A stretch of DNA of 64,000 bases from an uncultured Thermoleophilia bacterium (lineage in GTDB: Bacteria; Actinomycetota; Thermoleophilia; UBA2241): contig CAWFDC010000015.1 of the NCBI GenBank assembly GCA_963814545.1, forward strand, positions 75,565 through 139,564, read 5' to 3'. Below the pieces are notes generated by a model that did no database searches, was not told the DNA's origin, and saw only the letters and a program-made list of their open reading frames with translations. Shown here in pieces: positions 32,719 to 40,883 of this stretch. Position 1 is the first letter of the stretch. Every line of letters starts with the position of its first letter. Both the position numbers and the translations under genes were made by a program.

Positions 32719-32922
32719 TGCGCCCGGCGGCACTGCGTGCGCCGGGCATGCTTCCGCGGGTCTCGCTGTGCTCGACCTGCGGGTAGTGCGCCCGGCGGCA
32801 CTGCGTGCGCCGGGCATGCTTCCGCGGGTCTCGCTGTGCTCGACCTGCGGGTAGTGCGCCCGGCGGCACTGCGTGCGCCGGGCATGCTCCCGCGGTCCTC
32901 GCTGCGCTCGGACTGCGGGTAG
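32716..32922. repeat. 68-bp tandem repeat x3 starting at the nrdJ stop codon; each unit carries a TAG and a GC hairpin
   Basis: TAG at 32716, 32784, 32852 and 32920 (period 68). Unit is TAGTGCGCCCGGCGGCACTGCGTGCGCCGGGCATGCTTCCGCGGGTCTCGCTGTGCTCGACCTGCGGG. The inner stem GCCCGGCG/CGCCGGGC is present in every copy. The third copy is slightly diverged. Confidence 0.9.
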
Positions 32923-33072
32923 GCCGCTCGGTCCGGCTTCGCCGACCGAGGCGGATCCCGCCGGTCGCGCTGCCGCCGGCGGCCTGTTGACGCACCTCGC
33001 CCCGCGCGGGGTAGAGTGAGGGGCGCGGGCCGGCAGGCGCAGTGCCGCCGGCCGACGAACGAGGAGGAGCGC

Positions 33073-33456
33073 ATGTCCGAGACCCCCAAGCCGGAGGCGC
33101 CCGGCGAGAGCGGCGGCGTGCAGATCTCAGACGCCGTCGTCGCCAAGATCGCCCATCAGGCTCTGCTGCAGGTCGAGGGCGTCCACGGGTTGGGTGCGTC
33201 GGCTCTCGGCGTCTTCTCGGGGCTGCGCGGCGACAAGGGCGCGCAGGGGGTCTCGGTCGACCTCCGTGACGACCTCGTCGACATCGACGCCCACATCGTG
33301 GTCGAGTACGGCGCCAACATCCCCGAGGTCGGCGAGACGTGCCGGGCGGCGGTCAAGCAGCAGGTCGAGGTCGCCACCGGCATGACGGTCCGCGCTGTCA
33401 ACGTCGTGGTCACCGACATCCACTTCCCGGAGCAGGCACCTGGCGACGACGGCTGA
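33073..33456 (+). CDS. Asp23/Gls24-family envelope stress protein
   Basis: ATG after GAGGAGGAG. VQISDAVVAKIAHQALLQVEGVHGL, DIDAHIVVEYGANIPEVGETCRAAVKQQVEVATGMTV. Confidence 0.85.
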   Translation: MSETPKPEAPGESGGVQISDAVVAKIAHQALLQVEGVHGLGASALGVFSGLRGDKGAQGVSVDLRDDLVDIDAHIVVEYGANIPEVGETCRAAVKQQVEVATGMTVRAVNVVVTDIHFPEQAPGDDG

Positions 33457-33541
33457 CAGCCGTCGCGGTCGCCGCCCGACGACCGACCCCCTGGCCCGTG
33501 CCGCGGCCGTCGCCCTGCTGGCGCTCGCCGCGGTCGTCGCC

Positions 33542-34033
33542 GTGCTCGCCGCCGCGCGTCTCGTGGCCGTCACCGCCGGCTGCGGCTTCTCGCCGGTGGC
33601 CGACCTGCCCTGGCCGGAGGGCTACGGCGAGCGCGCCGCGCTCGCCGTAGCCGCCGCAGCCGTGGTCACGGCGCTTCTGGTGTTGCTCGTCCGTGACGAC
33701 GCGCCGCGACTCTGGCTCTGCGGCCCGGCCGGCGAGGGGCTCCCCGGCGGCGTGCTGCTGCCGGCGTCCGCCCTCGAGAGTGCAGCGGAGGAGGCCGTCG
33801 CCGGCCATCCCGACGTCCTGCGTGCGACGGGCGCGGCGCGCGGCGACGCACGCCGCCTGCGGCTCGACCTGCGCATCGTCGCGCGCCCGCTCGTCGACGA
33901 GCAGCGCCTGGGTCGCGAGCTCGAGCGGCGCGTCGAGGGTGCCGTGCGCCCGCTCCTCACCGCCGGCATGATCGAGGTCCGGGCCCGCGTTCGCGGTGTA
34001 CGGGTGAGGCGTCTGCCGAGGTACCTCCCGTGA
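33542..34033 (+). CDS. Asp23-operon membrane-anchor-like protein (AmaP-like); true start probably upstream
   Basis: Position directly after asp23. A hydrophobic segment AAAVALLALAAVVAVLAAARLVAV extends in-frame upstream of the first ATG/GTG/TTG. The C-terminal part has a basic tail. Confidence 0.4.
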   Translation: MLAAARLVAVTAGCGFSPVADLPWPEGYGERAALAVAAAAVVTALLVLLVRDDAPRLWLCGPAGEGLPGGVLLPASALESAAEEAVAGHPDVLRATGAARGDARRLRLDLRIVARPLVDEQRLGRELERRVEGAVRPLLTAGMIEVRARVRGVRVRRLPRYLP

Positions 34034-34572
34034 GGGGCGCCCGCGCCGCGGCTGCCGCAGCCGGTCTCGTCCTGCTCGCGTTGCTGGGCGCCGTCGTGGT
34101 CCGCCAGGTGGCACTGGCCGCCGACGAGACGCTGGAGTGGAGCGTCCCGCTTTGGGATGATTTCACGAACGCCGGTGCGACCTGGACGGCCCTGGCCGCC
34201 GCCGCCTTCGCGGCGCTGGGCGCGATGCTGCTCGTCGCGGCCATCCGCGTGGCGCTGCCACCCTCGCCGCCGGTCGTCGAGTTCGGCGTGGGCGGCGCCA
34301 GCACGCGGGTCGACGTCGCGACGCTGCAGTCCATGCTGGCCCGGCAGCTCGCCGCCGCGGCGCCGGGTCTCCGGGTCGAGCGCGTCTGGCTCGATCGCGG
34401 GCCCGACGGCTGGCGGGTGTGGGTGCGTGTCGACGTGCCGCGCGTCGAGCTCGAGACGGTGCGCCGCCGTGCGGCGGCCGTCGCCGCCGACGAGCTGCGC
34501 CGGGCCGGCGGCCTGCCCCTGACACGGCTCGACCTCGAGGTCCGCCGTGTGACCGTGCGATCGGGAGGATGA
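34030..34572 (+). CDS. Second Asp23-operon membrane protein (DUF6286/AmaP-like)
   Basis: GTGA overlap with the upstream gene. Two hydrophobic helices (AAGLVLLALLGAVVV, ALAAAAFAALGAMLLVAAI), then a soluble domain. Confidence 0.4.
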   Translation: MRGARAAAAAAGLVLLALLGAVVVRQVALAADETLEWSVPLWDDFTNAGATWTALAAAAFAALGAMLLVAAIRVALPPSPPVVEFGVGGASTRVDVATLQSMLARQLAAAAPGLRVERVWLDRGPDGWRVWVRVDVPRVELETVRRRAAAVAADELRRAGGLPLTRLDLEVRRVTVRSGG

Positions 34573-34754
34573 GGATGAGAGCCGCACACGTCGGTCTGCT
34601 GGTCGGTCTGGCCGCCGGCATCGTCTGGGCCTGGCTCGGCTTCGCCGCGCTGGTCCTGACGCTGGTCTGCGGGGCGATCGGCTGGGTCGCCGGCCTCGCC
34701 CTCGACGGCGACCTCGACCTGCAGAGCCTCATCGACGGGCTGCGCCGGCGGTGA
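34569..34754 (+). CDS. Small two-helix membrane protein (DUF2273-like), Asp23 operon
   Basis: ATGA overlap with the upstream gene. 61 aa: MRMRAAHVGLLVGLAAGIVWAWLGFAALVLTLVCGAIGWVAGLALDG. Confidence 0.5.
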   Translation: MRMRAAHVGLLVGLAAGIVWAWLGFAALVLTLVCGAIGWVAGLALDGDLDLQSLIDGLRRR

Positions 34755-34785
34755 CCGTGCGTTCGGGCCCGGCGAGGGCCGGCCG

Positions 34786-34843
34786 GTGACGGCCGGCTTG
34801 CCGGTGGCCGTACGGTGAGGGCCGGCCTGCCGGTGGCCGTACG
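34786..34843. repeat. 29-bp tandem duplication spanning the start codon of the HAD hydrolase gene
   Basis: GTGACGGCCGGCTTGCCGGTGGCCGTACG / GTGAGGGCCGGCCTGCCGGTGGCCGTACG. The second copy provides the GTG start at 34815. Confidence 0.75.
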
Positions 34844-35636
34844 GCCGTCCCTGGTCGCCTCCGACCTCGACGGCACGCTGCTGCCGCCCGACCTCACGAT
34901 CGACCCCGATCTCGTCGCCGCGATCGGCGACCTCCGCGCGGCGGGTGTGACCTTCGTCGTCTGCACCGGGCGCATGGTCGGGAGCGGCGCCGCCGTGGCC
35001 GAGTGTCTCGGCGCCGGCGGGGGGCTCATCGTCTCCTACTCGGGCGGGGTGGTCGCCGACCTCGCCACCGGCGAGTGGCTCGTCCACCTGCCGCTCGAGA
35101 GCGCCGCGGCGGTCGACGTGGTGCGCCACGCGCGGCGTCTCGGCCGCCACCTCAACGTGTTCGTCGACGACCAGCTCTACGTCGAGCAAGACGACCGCTG
35201 GACGGAGTGGACGACGTCGTACCTCGGGATCGACGTGCGCCGCGTCGACGACCTTCTCGAGCTCGTCGACGGGCGAGCGCCGACGAAGATCGTGCTCGCC
35301 GCCGACCCCGCGGACATCGTGCGGCTGCTGCCCGGCCTGCGCGCCCGCTGGGCCGGCACCCTCAACGTGAGCCGCTCGCAGCCGCACTTCATCGAGATCA
35401 ACGACCGCCGGGCGAGCAAGAGCGGGGCGCTCGAGTGGCTGCGCGCGAGGCTCGAGGGCGATGGTCCGGCCGTCGCCTGTGGCGACGGCCTGAACGACCT
35501 CGACATGCTGCGCTGGGCCGACCTCGGCGTGGCGGTAGCGGAGGGCGACGAGGAGGTGCGCGCGGTCGCCGACCTCGTTGTGCCGCGCGCCGGCCTGCCC
35601 GACCTCTTCCGCCGTCTCGCCGCGCTGCCGGCTTGA
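34815..35636 (+). CDS. HAD-superfamily hydrolase, Cof/subfamily IIB-like phosphatase
   Basis: Motif I VASDLDGTLL, motif II VVCTGR, and the motif III/IV region KSGALEWL...ACGDGLNDLDML. Confidence 0.8.
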   Translation: MRAGLPVAVRPSLVASDLDGTLLPPDLTIDPDLVAAIGDLRAAGVTFVVCTGRMVGSGAAVAECLGAGGGLIVSYSGGVVADLATGEWLVHLPLESAAAVDVVRHARRLGRHLNVFVDDQLYVEQDDRWTEWTTSYLGIDVRRVDDLLELVDGRAPTKIVLAADPADIVRLLPGLRARWAGTLNVSRSQPHFIEINDRRASKSGALEWLRARLEGDGPAVACGDGLNDLDMLRWADLGVAVAEGDEEVRAVADLVVPRAGLPDLFRRLAALPA

Positions 35637-35667
35637 GCTCGCCGGCCTGCCGGGTCTCTTCCCCGCG

Positions 35668-35805
35668 CCCGAGCGCGGCGCCTGCCGGCCCGAGCGCGGC
35701 GCCCTGACCACGATGAGGAGACGGAGCCCCGACGACGAGGAGACGGCGCCCCGACGGAGAGGGGACGGCGCCCCGACGACGAGGAGAAGGCGGCGCCTGG
35801 AGGGT
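35668..35805. repeat. Degenerate 21-22-bp tandem repeats in a gene-free convergent intergenic region
   Basis: GCCCGAGCGCGGCGCCTGCCG / GCCCGAGCGCGGCGCCCTGACC, then about 4 units related to GAGGAGACGGCGCCCCGACGAC. Confidence 0.6.
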
Positions 35806-36041
35806 CGGCGCCGCCTTCCTGGGGATGGGCACCCTGGTGGGTGGGGCGCCGCTTGAATCCCCTGACGGGTCGCGTGGCACAGGTTACGACTGTACACACG
35901 CACCAATGATGATAGGCGCGCGCCGGGGCCGAATCAAGGCTGTGAAGGTCCCCTTCGGGTGAAGAATTGTTGCGGCCTTCGGCGCCGTCAGGCGCCGGCC
36001 GGCGGCCCCGGCAGCCAGGCCCGCGCGGGGATGGCGTCACG

Positions 36042-36091
36042 TCCGGCGTGTTCCCTCCGGCGTGTTCCCTCCGGCGTGTTCCCTCCGGCGC
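36042..36091. repeat. 14-bp tandem repeat, about 3.6 copies
   Basis: TCCGGCGTGTTCCC x3 followed by the partial copy TCCGGCGCG. Confidence 0.85.
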
Positions 36092-36143
36092 GTCGTTTCC
36101 AGCCCGCCCGTCGCTCGCCGCCTTCCGCAGGCGGGGCGGCGCT

Positions 36144-36974
36144 TCAGCCTGCCGGCCGGCGGGCGCGCAGCGAGAAGCTCAGGGGGTAGTCCTCCTCGCG
36201 GCCGGGGATGCGCTGCCAGCCGTCCGCGCCCTTCTCGAGGTAGGCGAAGGCGAGACCGTGTGTGAAGGGGAACTCGTGCAGGTGCTCGATCTCGAGGCCG
36301 GCTTCGATAAGTCGCGTGACGACCTCGCCGAGAGGGTGGTTCCACTCATAGGTCACCGTGTTGCGCGTCGCGGCGTCGGGGTCGGCGTACGACCCGGGCT
36401 CGTCGAACCGGTGCGGCTCCGGCCCCTGGAAGTAGGGGTAGCCGAGACGGAGGTCGTCGGGGCGCGCCGCGTCGTCGAGGATGAAGGCCAGCGGGTGGAA
36501 CTCGGCGATGTAGAAGGTGCCGCCGGGGCGGACGTAGTGCGCCGCGACCTGCGCCCAGCGGCGCAGGTCGCCGAGCCAGGTGAGGACGCCCCAGGAGGTG
36601 AAGACGACATCGAACTGCTCGTCGAGGATCTCCGGCAGCTCGTAGACGTTGCTGCGCAGGAAGCGGGCCCGGCTCGAGAGGCCGACCTCGTCGGCCAGGC
36701 GCCGCGCCAGCCCGACCGCCTCCTCGGAGAAGTCGATGCCCGTCACGGTGGCCCCGTGCCGGGCCCAGCTCAGCGTGTCGAGCCCGAAGTGGCACTGCAG
36801 GTGCAGCAACCGGGTGCCTTCGCCCACGTCGGGGCCGAGCTCCTCGAGCTCGATCGACGTCAGCGTCTCGGCGCCGTTCTTGAAGCCCTCCACGTCGTAG
36901 AACGTCGAGGCGGCGTGCACCCCGGTGAGCTCGTCCCACACGGCCATGTTGGCGCGCAGCCACTCCTCGAGCAT
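36144..36974 (-). CDS. Class I SAM-dependent methyltransferase
   Basis: SAM motif LLHLQCHFGLDTLSWARHGATVTGIDFSEEAV, then DVVFTSWGVLTWL and VRPGGTFYIAEFHP. Confidence 0.8.
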   Translation of the reverse strand: MLEEWLRANMAVWDELTGVHAASTFYDVEGFKNGAETLTSIELEELGPDVGEGTRLLHLQCHFGLDTLSWARHGATVTGIDFSEEAVGLARRLADEVGLSSRARFLRSNVYELPEILDEQFDVVFTSWGVLTWLGDLRRWAQVAAHYVRPGGTFYIAEFHPLAFILDDAARPDDLRLGYPYFQGPEPHRFDEPGSYADPDAATRNTVTYEWNHPLGEVVTRLIEAGLEIEHLHEFPFTHGLAFAYLEKGADGWQRIPGREEDYPLSFSLRARRPAG

Positions 36975-36976
36975 CG

Positions 36977-37930
36977 TCACTCCTCGTCGTCGGTACGGGG
37001 GCCACGGGCGGCGTCCGCGTCGGCAGCGCCGGTGCCGGTCTCGGTGGTCTCGACGGCGGGGCGGCGGAGGCCCGACTCGCCATCGCGCTCCGGCATCACG
37101 GCCATCAAGCTGTAGCTGAACGGCAGGTCGGCGCGCCGGCCGCCGCGACCGTCGGGCAGCCACCACCAGCGCTGCGCATCCTTCTCCATGAATTCGAACA
37201 CCGGCGACACCGAGAACGGTGCCTCGTGGAGGAACTCGAGACGCAGCCCAGCCCCCAGCAGCGCGCCGACGACCTCGGCGAAGCTGTGGCCCCAGCTGTA
37301 CGAGACGTGCCCTGCGGTGTCCGCCGACGGGTCGGCGTACGAGCCCTCGATGGGGTCGACGACGGGATGGTCGGGTGCGGGCAGGTAGCGGTAGCGTAGG
37401 CGCAGCTCCGCGGGCCCGGTCGTCTCGTCGAGGCAGTAGGCGAGCGGGTGGAGCTCGGCCATGTAGAAGCGGCCGCCGGGCTTGAGGTGCGCTGCGCAGA
37501 GGCGCGCCCAGGCCTCGAGGTCGGGCAGCCACTCGATCGCCCCCCAGCTCACGAAGACGATGTCGAAGCGGCGCCCGCCGAGGTGACGGGCGGCGTCGTA
37601 GACGTCGGACTCGATGAACGTGGCGCGGCCGGCGAGGCCGACCTCGTCGGCCAGGCGCCGCGCCAGCGCGATCGCGGTGCCCGAGAAGTCGACGCCGACC
37701 ACCTCGGCCCCGCGCCGCGCCCAGCTCAGCGTGTCGAGGCCGAAGTGGCACTGCAGGTGGAGCAGGCTCGTGCCATCGCTTACGTAGGGCCCGAGCTCCT
37801 CGGTCTCGAGCGGCCAGAGCGAGCTGCGCCCGGCCTTGAACCCGTCGACGTCGTAGAACTCGGTGCCTTCGTGGATCCTGGCCCACTCGTTCCAGAGCGC
37901 GAGGTTGGCGCGCCGCGCCTCGTCGGGCAG
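36977..37930 (-). CDS. Class I SAM-dependent methyltransferase, tandem paralog; no canonical start codon where the paralog starts
   Basis: My in-frame translation upstream of ORF 36977..37702 gives ANLALWNEWARIHEGTEFYDVDGFKAGRSSLWPLETEELGPYVSDGTSLLHLQCHFGLDTLSWARRGAEVVGVDFSG, matching the neighbour. There is no ATG/GTG/TTG between the upstream stop (38057) and 37702. The 5' end is placed at a CTG. Confidence 0.6.
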   Translation of the reverse strand: MPDEARRANLALWNEWARIHEGTEFYDVDGFKAGRSSLWPLETEELGPYVSDGTSLLHLQCHFGLDTLSWARRGAEVVGVDFSGTAIALARRLADEVGLAGRATFIESDVYDAARHLGGRRFDIVFVSWGAIEWLPDLEAWARLCAAHLKPGGRFYMAELHPLAYCLDETTGPAELRLRYRYLPAPDHPVVDPIEGSYADPSADTAGHVSYSWGHSFAEVVGALLGAGLRLEFLHEAPFSVSPVFEFMEKDAQRWWWLPDGRGGRRADLPFSYSLMAVMPERDGESGLRRPAVETTETGTGAADADAARGPRTDDEE

Positions 37931-38056
37931 CGGGCTGCCCGAGCCCGGCGCCTCGCGCCCCGTCGCGGCGTCCTCTCTGTGGCCGTCGTCGCTCAGTCCT
38001 CGCCGTCCCTGGAGCCGCCTTCGCTCAATCCTCGGGCCTCGTCTGCCCGGTGTCGC

Positions 38057-38266
38057 TCAGTCCTCGTCCTCGACCTCGTAGACGACCGTGCGTACGAGGC
38101 CGATGGTCTCACCCTCGGCGCCGGTCGTCGCCGTGTCGCTGATACCGTACACCGCCTCCGCTTCCTCCGCGTTCAGGAAGTCGGCGACGAGGGCGTCCAG
38201 CTCCTCGAGCTCGCGCACGGTCTCGAAGATGCGTATCGGGGTGGCGAAGGTCTTCACCTTGATCAT
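38057..38266 (-). CDS. Small acidic protein, Cse60/DUF2758-like
   Basis: ATG 7 nt after AGGAGG. MIKVKTFATPIRIFETVRELEELDALVADFLN resembles the Cse60 N-terminus (from memory). Confidence 0.45.
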   Translation of the reverse strand: MIKVKTFATPIRIFETVRELEELDALVADFLNAEEAEAVYGISDTATTGAEGETIGLVRTVVYEVEDED

Positions 38267-38549
38267 GACGGTCCTCCTGGGGTCGCTCGCGTGGCGGCGT
38301 CGGTGCCGGTGTGGATGGATACCCGGGGCGGCGGCCGGTGACGCGCGGCGCCGTCAAGGACGGCCTCGCGCGCCGTGTGTGCGCCGCGTCACCGTGTGTG
38401 CGCCGCGCCATCGCGGGGGCGCCGGCGCGTCTCACGTGCGCCGCGTGTTGTCAACGACCGTGACGTATCTACTCCAGAACTCTTCTCATTGGTGCGACAT
38501 CGGTGTAAAGTGCGCGGGGGGGTCAATACGCATACGAGGGGGTCGCACG

Positions 38550-39239
38550 GTGACAGTCCAGAGTGACACCAGCGCCCGGAGTCTGGGCAAGCTGGCCGAC
38601 GCCTTCGGCGACCCGACACGACGAGCGATCCTGCACCACGTCCTCGAGGCCGACACGCCCGTCTCGGCGGGCGAGGTGGGTGACGTGTTCGGCGTCCATC
38701 GCACCGTCGCCCGCGCACATCTCGAGAAGCTCGTCGAGACCGGTCTCCTCGAGACCGCCACGCGCCGGCGTGCAACCGGCGGTCGCCCCGCCAAGACCTA
38801 CACCTCGAGCGGCGAGCGCCTCGAGGTCATGCTGCCGCCGAGGCGCTACGAGCCCCTCGCGCGCCTGCTGCTCGACGTGGTCGACCGCCTCGCGCCGGCC
38901 GACATGGCCGCCGATCATGCGCACGCCGTCGGTCACGACTACGGCACCAGGGTGCGCCACGAGATCACCGGCAACGGGCAGAGCGGGCTGCGGCCCGAGG
39001 CGGTCTGCTCCTGGCTCAACCAGGCAGGCTACAGCGCGCACTGCGATCGCGGCTCCGACTGCGACGCCTACACCTTCGACAACTGCGTCTACCGCGAGGT
39101 CGCCGTCGAGCACCCCGAGATCATCTGCGCCTTCGACCGCGGCATGCTCTGCGGCCTCACCGGCGCGTCGCCCGAGAAGCACTCCCAGACGCACAACCTG
39201 CTCGACGACGGCTTCTGCCGCTGCGAAGTCAAGCACTAG
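38550..39239 (+). CDS. Winged-helix (ArsR-like) transcriptional regulator with a Cys/His-rich C-terminal domain
   Basis: GTG after GAGGGGG. wHTH LADAFGDPTRRAILHHVLEADTPVSAGEVGDVFGVHRTVARAHLEKLVETGLLE. C-terminal CDRGSDCDAYTFDNCVYREV...CAFDRGMLCG...CRCEV. Confidence 0.7.
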   Translation: MTVQSDTSARSLGKLADAFGDPTRRAILHHVLEADTPVSAGEVGDVFGVHRTVARAHLEKLVETGLLETATRRRATGGRPAKTYTSSGERLEVMLPPRRYEPLARLLLDVVDRLAPADMAADHAHAVGHDYGTRVRHEITGNGQSGLRPEAVCSWLNQAGYSAHCDRGSDCDAYTFDNCVYREVAVEHPEIICAFDRGMLCGLTGASPEKHSQTHNLLDDGFCRCEVKH

Positions 39240-39333
39240 CCGAACGATAGCCGCCGCGGGCGCCACGCCCGCTCAGCGCGCTCGCCGGGTCCAGACGCTG
39301 GCGCCCTCCACGTCCCCGCACCGCCTCGACTTC

Positions 39334-39744
39334 TCACCGGCAGCGCCACCTCACCAGCCGGGCAGCGCCTGCTCGCCCTGCGAGGGCGCGCTCGGCGTCG
39401 AGCCGCTGGTTGACCTCGAGGATGCCCTTGTAGGCGCCGTCGTCGTCGCGGACGGCGAAGTAGCGGGTCAGCTTGAAGGCGCCGTCGTCGAGGCCCCAGC
39501 CCCAGGCCTCGTCCTTCGTCCCGTCCTTGAAGGCGCGGAGGATGGTCTCGAGCCCCTCGAGGCTGCTCTCGGGGTGGCAGTCGCGCACGTCGCGCCCGAT
39601 GTAGCGCCCGTCGCAGGTCTTGTACGTCTCGCCCTGCCAGTAGACCAGTACATCACGCTCGTCGGCGAAGCTGATGTCGCAGGGGAGGGTGCGGATCACG
39701 AGCTCGACTTGCTCGGGGGTGAGGGCGCCGCGCTGCCAGTGCAT
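39334..39744 (-). CDS. Stand-alone PAS-domain protein (DUF438-associated PAS_10-like)
   Basis: LPCDISFADERDVLVYWQGE...YIGRDVRDCHPESS...ILRAFKDGTKDEAW...YFAVRDDDGAYKGILEVNQ. ATG after AAAGGA. Confidence 0.55.
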   Translation of the reverse strand: MHWQRGALTPEQVELVIRTLPCDISFADERDVLVYWQGETYKTCDGRYIGRDVRDCHPESSLEGLETILRAFKDGTKDEAWGWGLDDGAFKLTRYFAVRDDDGAYKGILEVNQRLDAERALAGRAGAARLVRWRCR

Positions 39745-39902
39745 GGGACCGTCCTTTCGCCGTCTGAGTGCCGCGTGCATCGTAGCGGATGCAGGAGAGC
39801 GGCGGACGGGCGGGACCAGCGGCGGGCGACACCGACGGCGGCGGGCGGGACCGGCGGCGGCAGAGCGATCGGCGGTGGTCGGGCGGCGGAGCCCCGCCGC
39901 CC

Positions 39903-40601
39903 TCACCAGTACATCGGCACGGGCGGCGCCGCGAGGGCATCCTCGAGTGCGCGGCGCCCGCCGCGGAGGACCGGCGCCCCGTGCGTCACGAGCACGCGCT
40001 CGACGTCGAGCGCGGCGAGCGGCTTCAGCGTCGGCAGCAGGCGGCGCTCGTACCAGTCCGGCGAGCCGCCGCTCTGGTCCCAGACGCGCAGCTCGCCGCT
40101 CTCGAGGGCGACGACCGCGTCGCCGAAGGCGACCGCCCGCAGGTCGGGGAAGTAGAGGGGGGTCTCGTAGCGCCGCGGGTTGCCGATCGCCCACGCTTGA
40201 GCGATGCCGCCGGCGATCTCGACGCTCTGTCCTGCCTTGGCCTTGGGGATCTCGTTGAGCGGCGTGTCCCAGGCGAAGCGCTTGCGCACGGCGGCGTGGC
40301 CCCAGACCCGCGTCGCCAGCCGGCCCCAGTAGCGCTCGAAGAGGAGCTCCGTGCTGCGCGCGTGGTAAGGGATCGTCACGAGCAGCTCGAGGCGCGAGGC
40401 GCCGAGGACGAGACGGTCGAGCCCCGCGAGCACGGCGTCGTGTTCGGGGTCCTGCTCGGGGGGCACGAGCGGGTCGACGAGGGCGGCGACGTGGCCGACG
40501 AGGAGGGCGTAGCTCACGACCTCCTCGGCCGCCGTACGGTACTCGGGGTGGGGCGTCGTCCACGAGTGGATGCCGGGGACGAGCTCTGCGGGGACGGTCA
40601 T
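39903..40601 (-). CDS. Hypothetical protein, possibly a degenerate metallo-beta-lactamase fold
   Basis: ATG after AAAGGAGG. 232 aa. The layout resembles MBL-fold proteins (…LVDP…, TIPYHARS in place of HxHxDH, VLVTHG) but the metal ligands are incomplete. Confidence 0.35.
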   Translation of the reverse strand: MTVPAELVPGIHSWTTPHPEYRTAAEEVVSYALLVGHVAALVDPLVPPEQDPEHDAVLAGLDRLVLGASRLELLVTIPYHARSTELLFERYWGRLATRVWGHAAVRKRFAWDTPLNEIPKAKAGQSVEIAGGIAQAWAIGNPRRYETPLYFPDLRAVAFGDAVVALESGELRVWDQSGGSPDWYERRLLPTLKPLAALDVERVLVTHGAPVLRGGRRALEDALAAPPVPMYW

Positions 40602-40665
40602 GGTCGGTCCTCCTTTCGACGTAGAGCGTTCCCCGACGTCGCGGAGGTGAAGCAGCCGGCGGCGC

Positions 40666-40824
40666 CTACCGGCGCCGCCGCCCGCCCTTCCGCTCCTTGA
40701 CCGCCTCGCGCAGCACCCACTCGACCTGGGCGTTGACGCTGCGGAGCTCGTCGGCGGCCCACTTCTCGAGCTCCTTCCAGAGCTCGGGGTCGACGCGCAG
40801 GAGGAACTGCTTGCGCGCGGCCAT
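40666..40824 (-). CDS. Arc/CopG-type ribbon-helix-helix DNA-binding protein (52 aa; not in the supplied ORF track)
   Basis: My translation of the minus strand: MAARKQFLLRVDPELWKELEKWAADELRSVNAQVEWVLREAVKERKGGRRRR, ending in TAG. This is the typical RHH pattern (beta strand FLLRV, then two helices). Confidence 0.5.
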   Translation of the reverse strand: MAARKQFLLRVDPELWKELEKWAADELRSVNAQVEWVLREAVKERKGGRRRR

Positions 40825-40883
40825 CAGGCGCGCTCCGGCTTCATCGGTCCGTCCTCGCCGGTCTCACGCACCCGCCGTCGGCC

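Noticed and set aside
32716-32922. Tandem repeat arrays (nrdJ 68 bp x3; also 19864-19947, 27551-27628, 44091-44162, 58612-58689) as CRISPR arrays.
   Set aside because: The units are directly adjacent with no unique spacers. There are only 2-4 copies, no cas genes are present, and many units overlap coding 3' ends.
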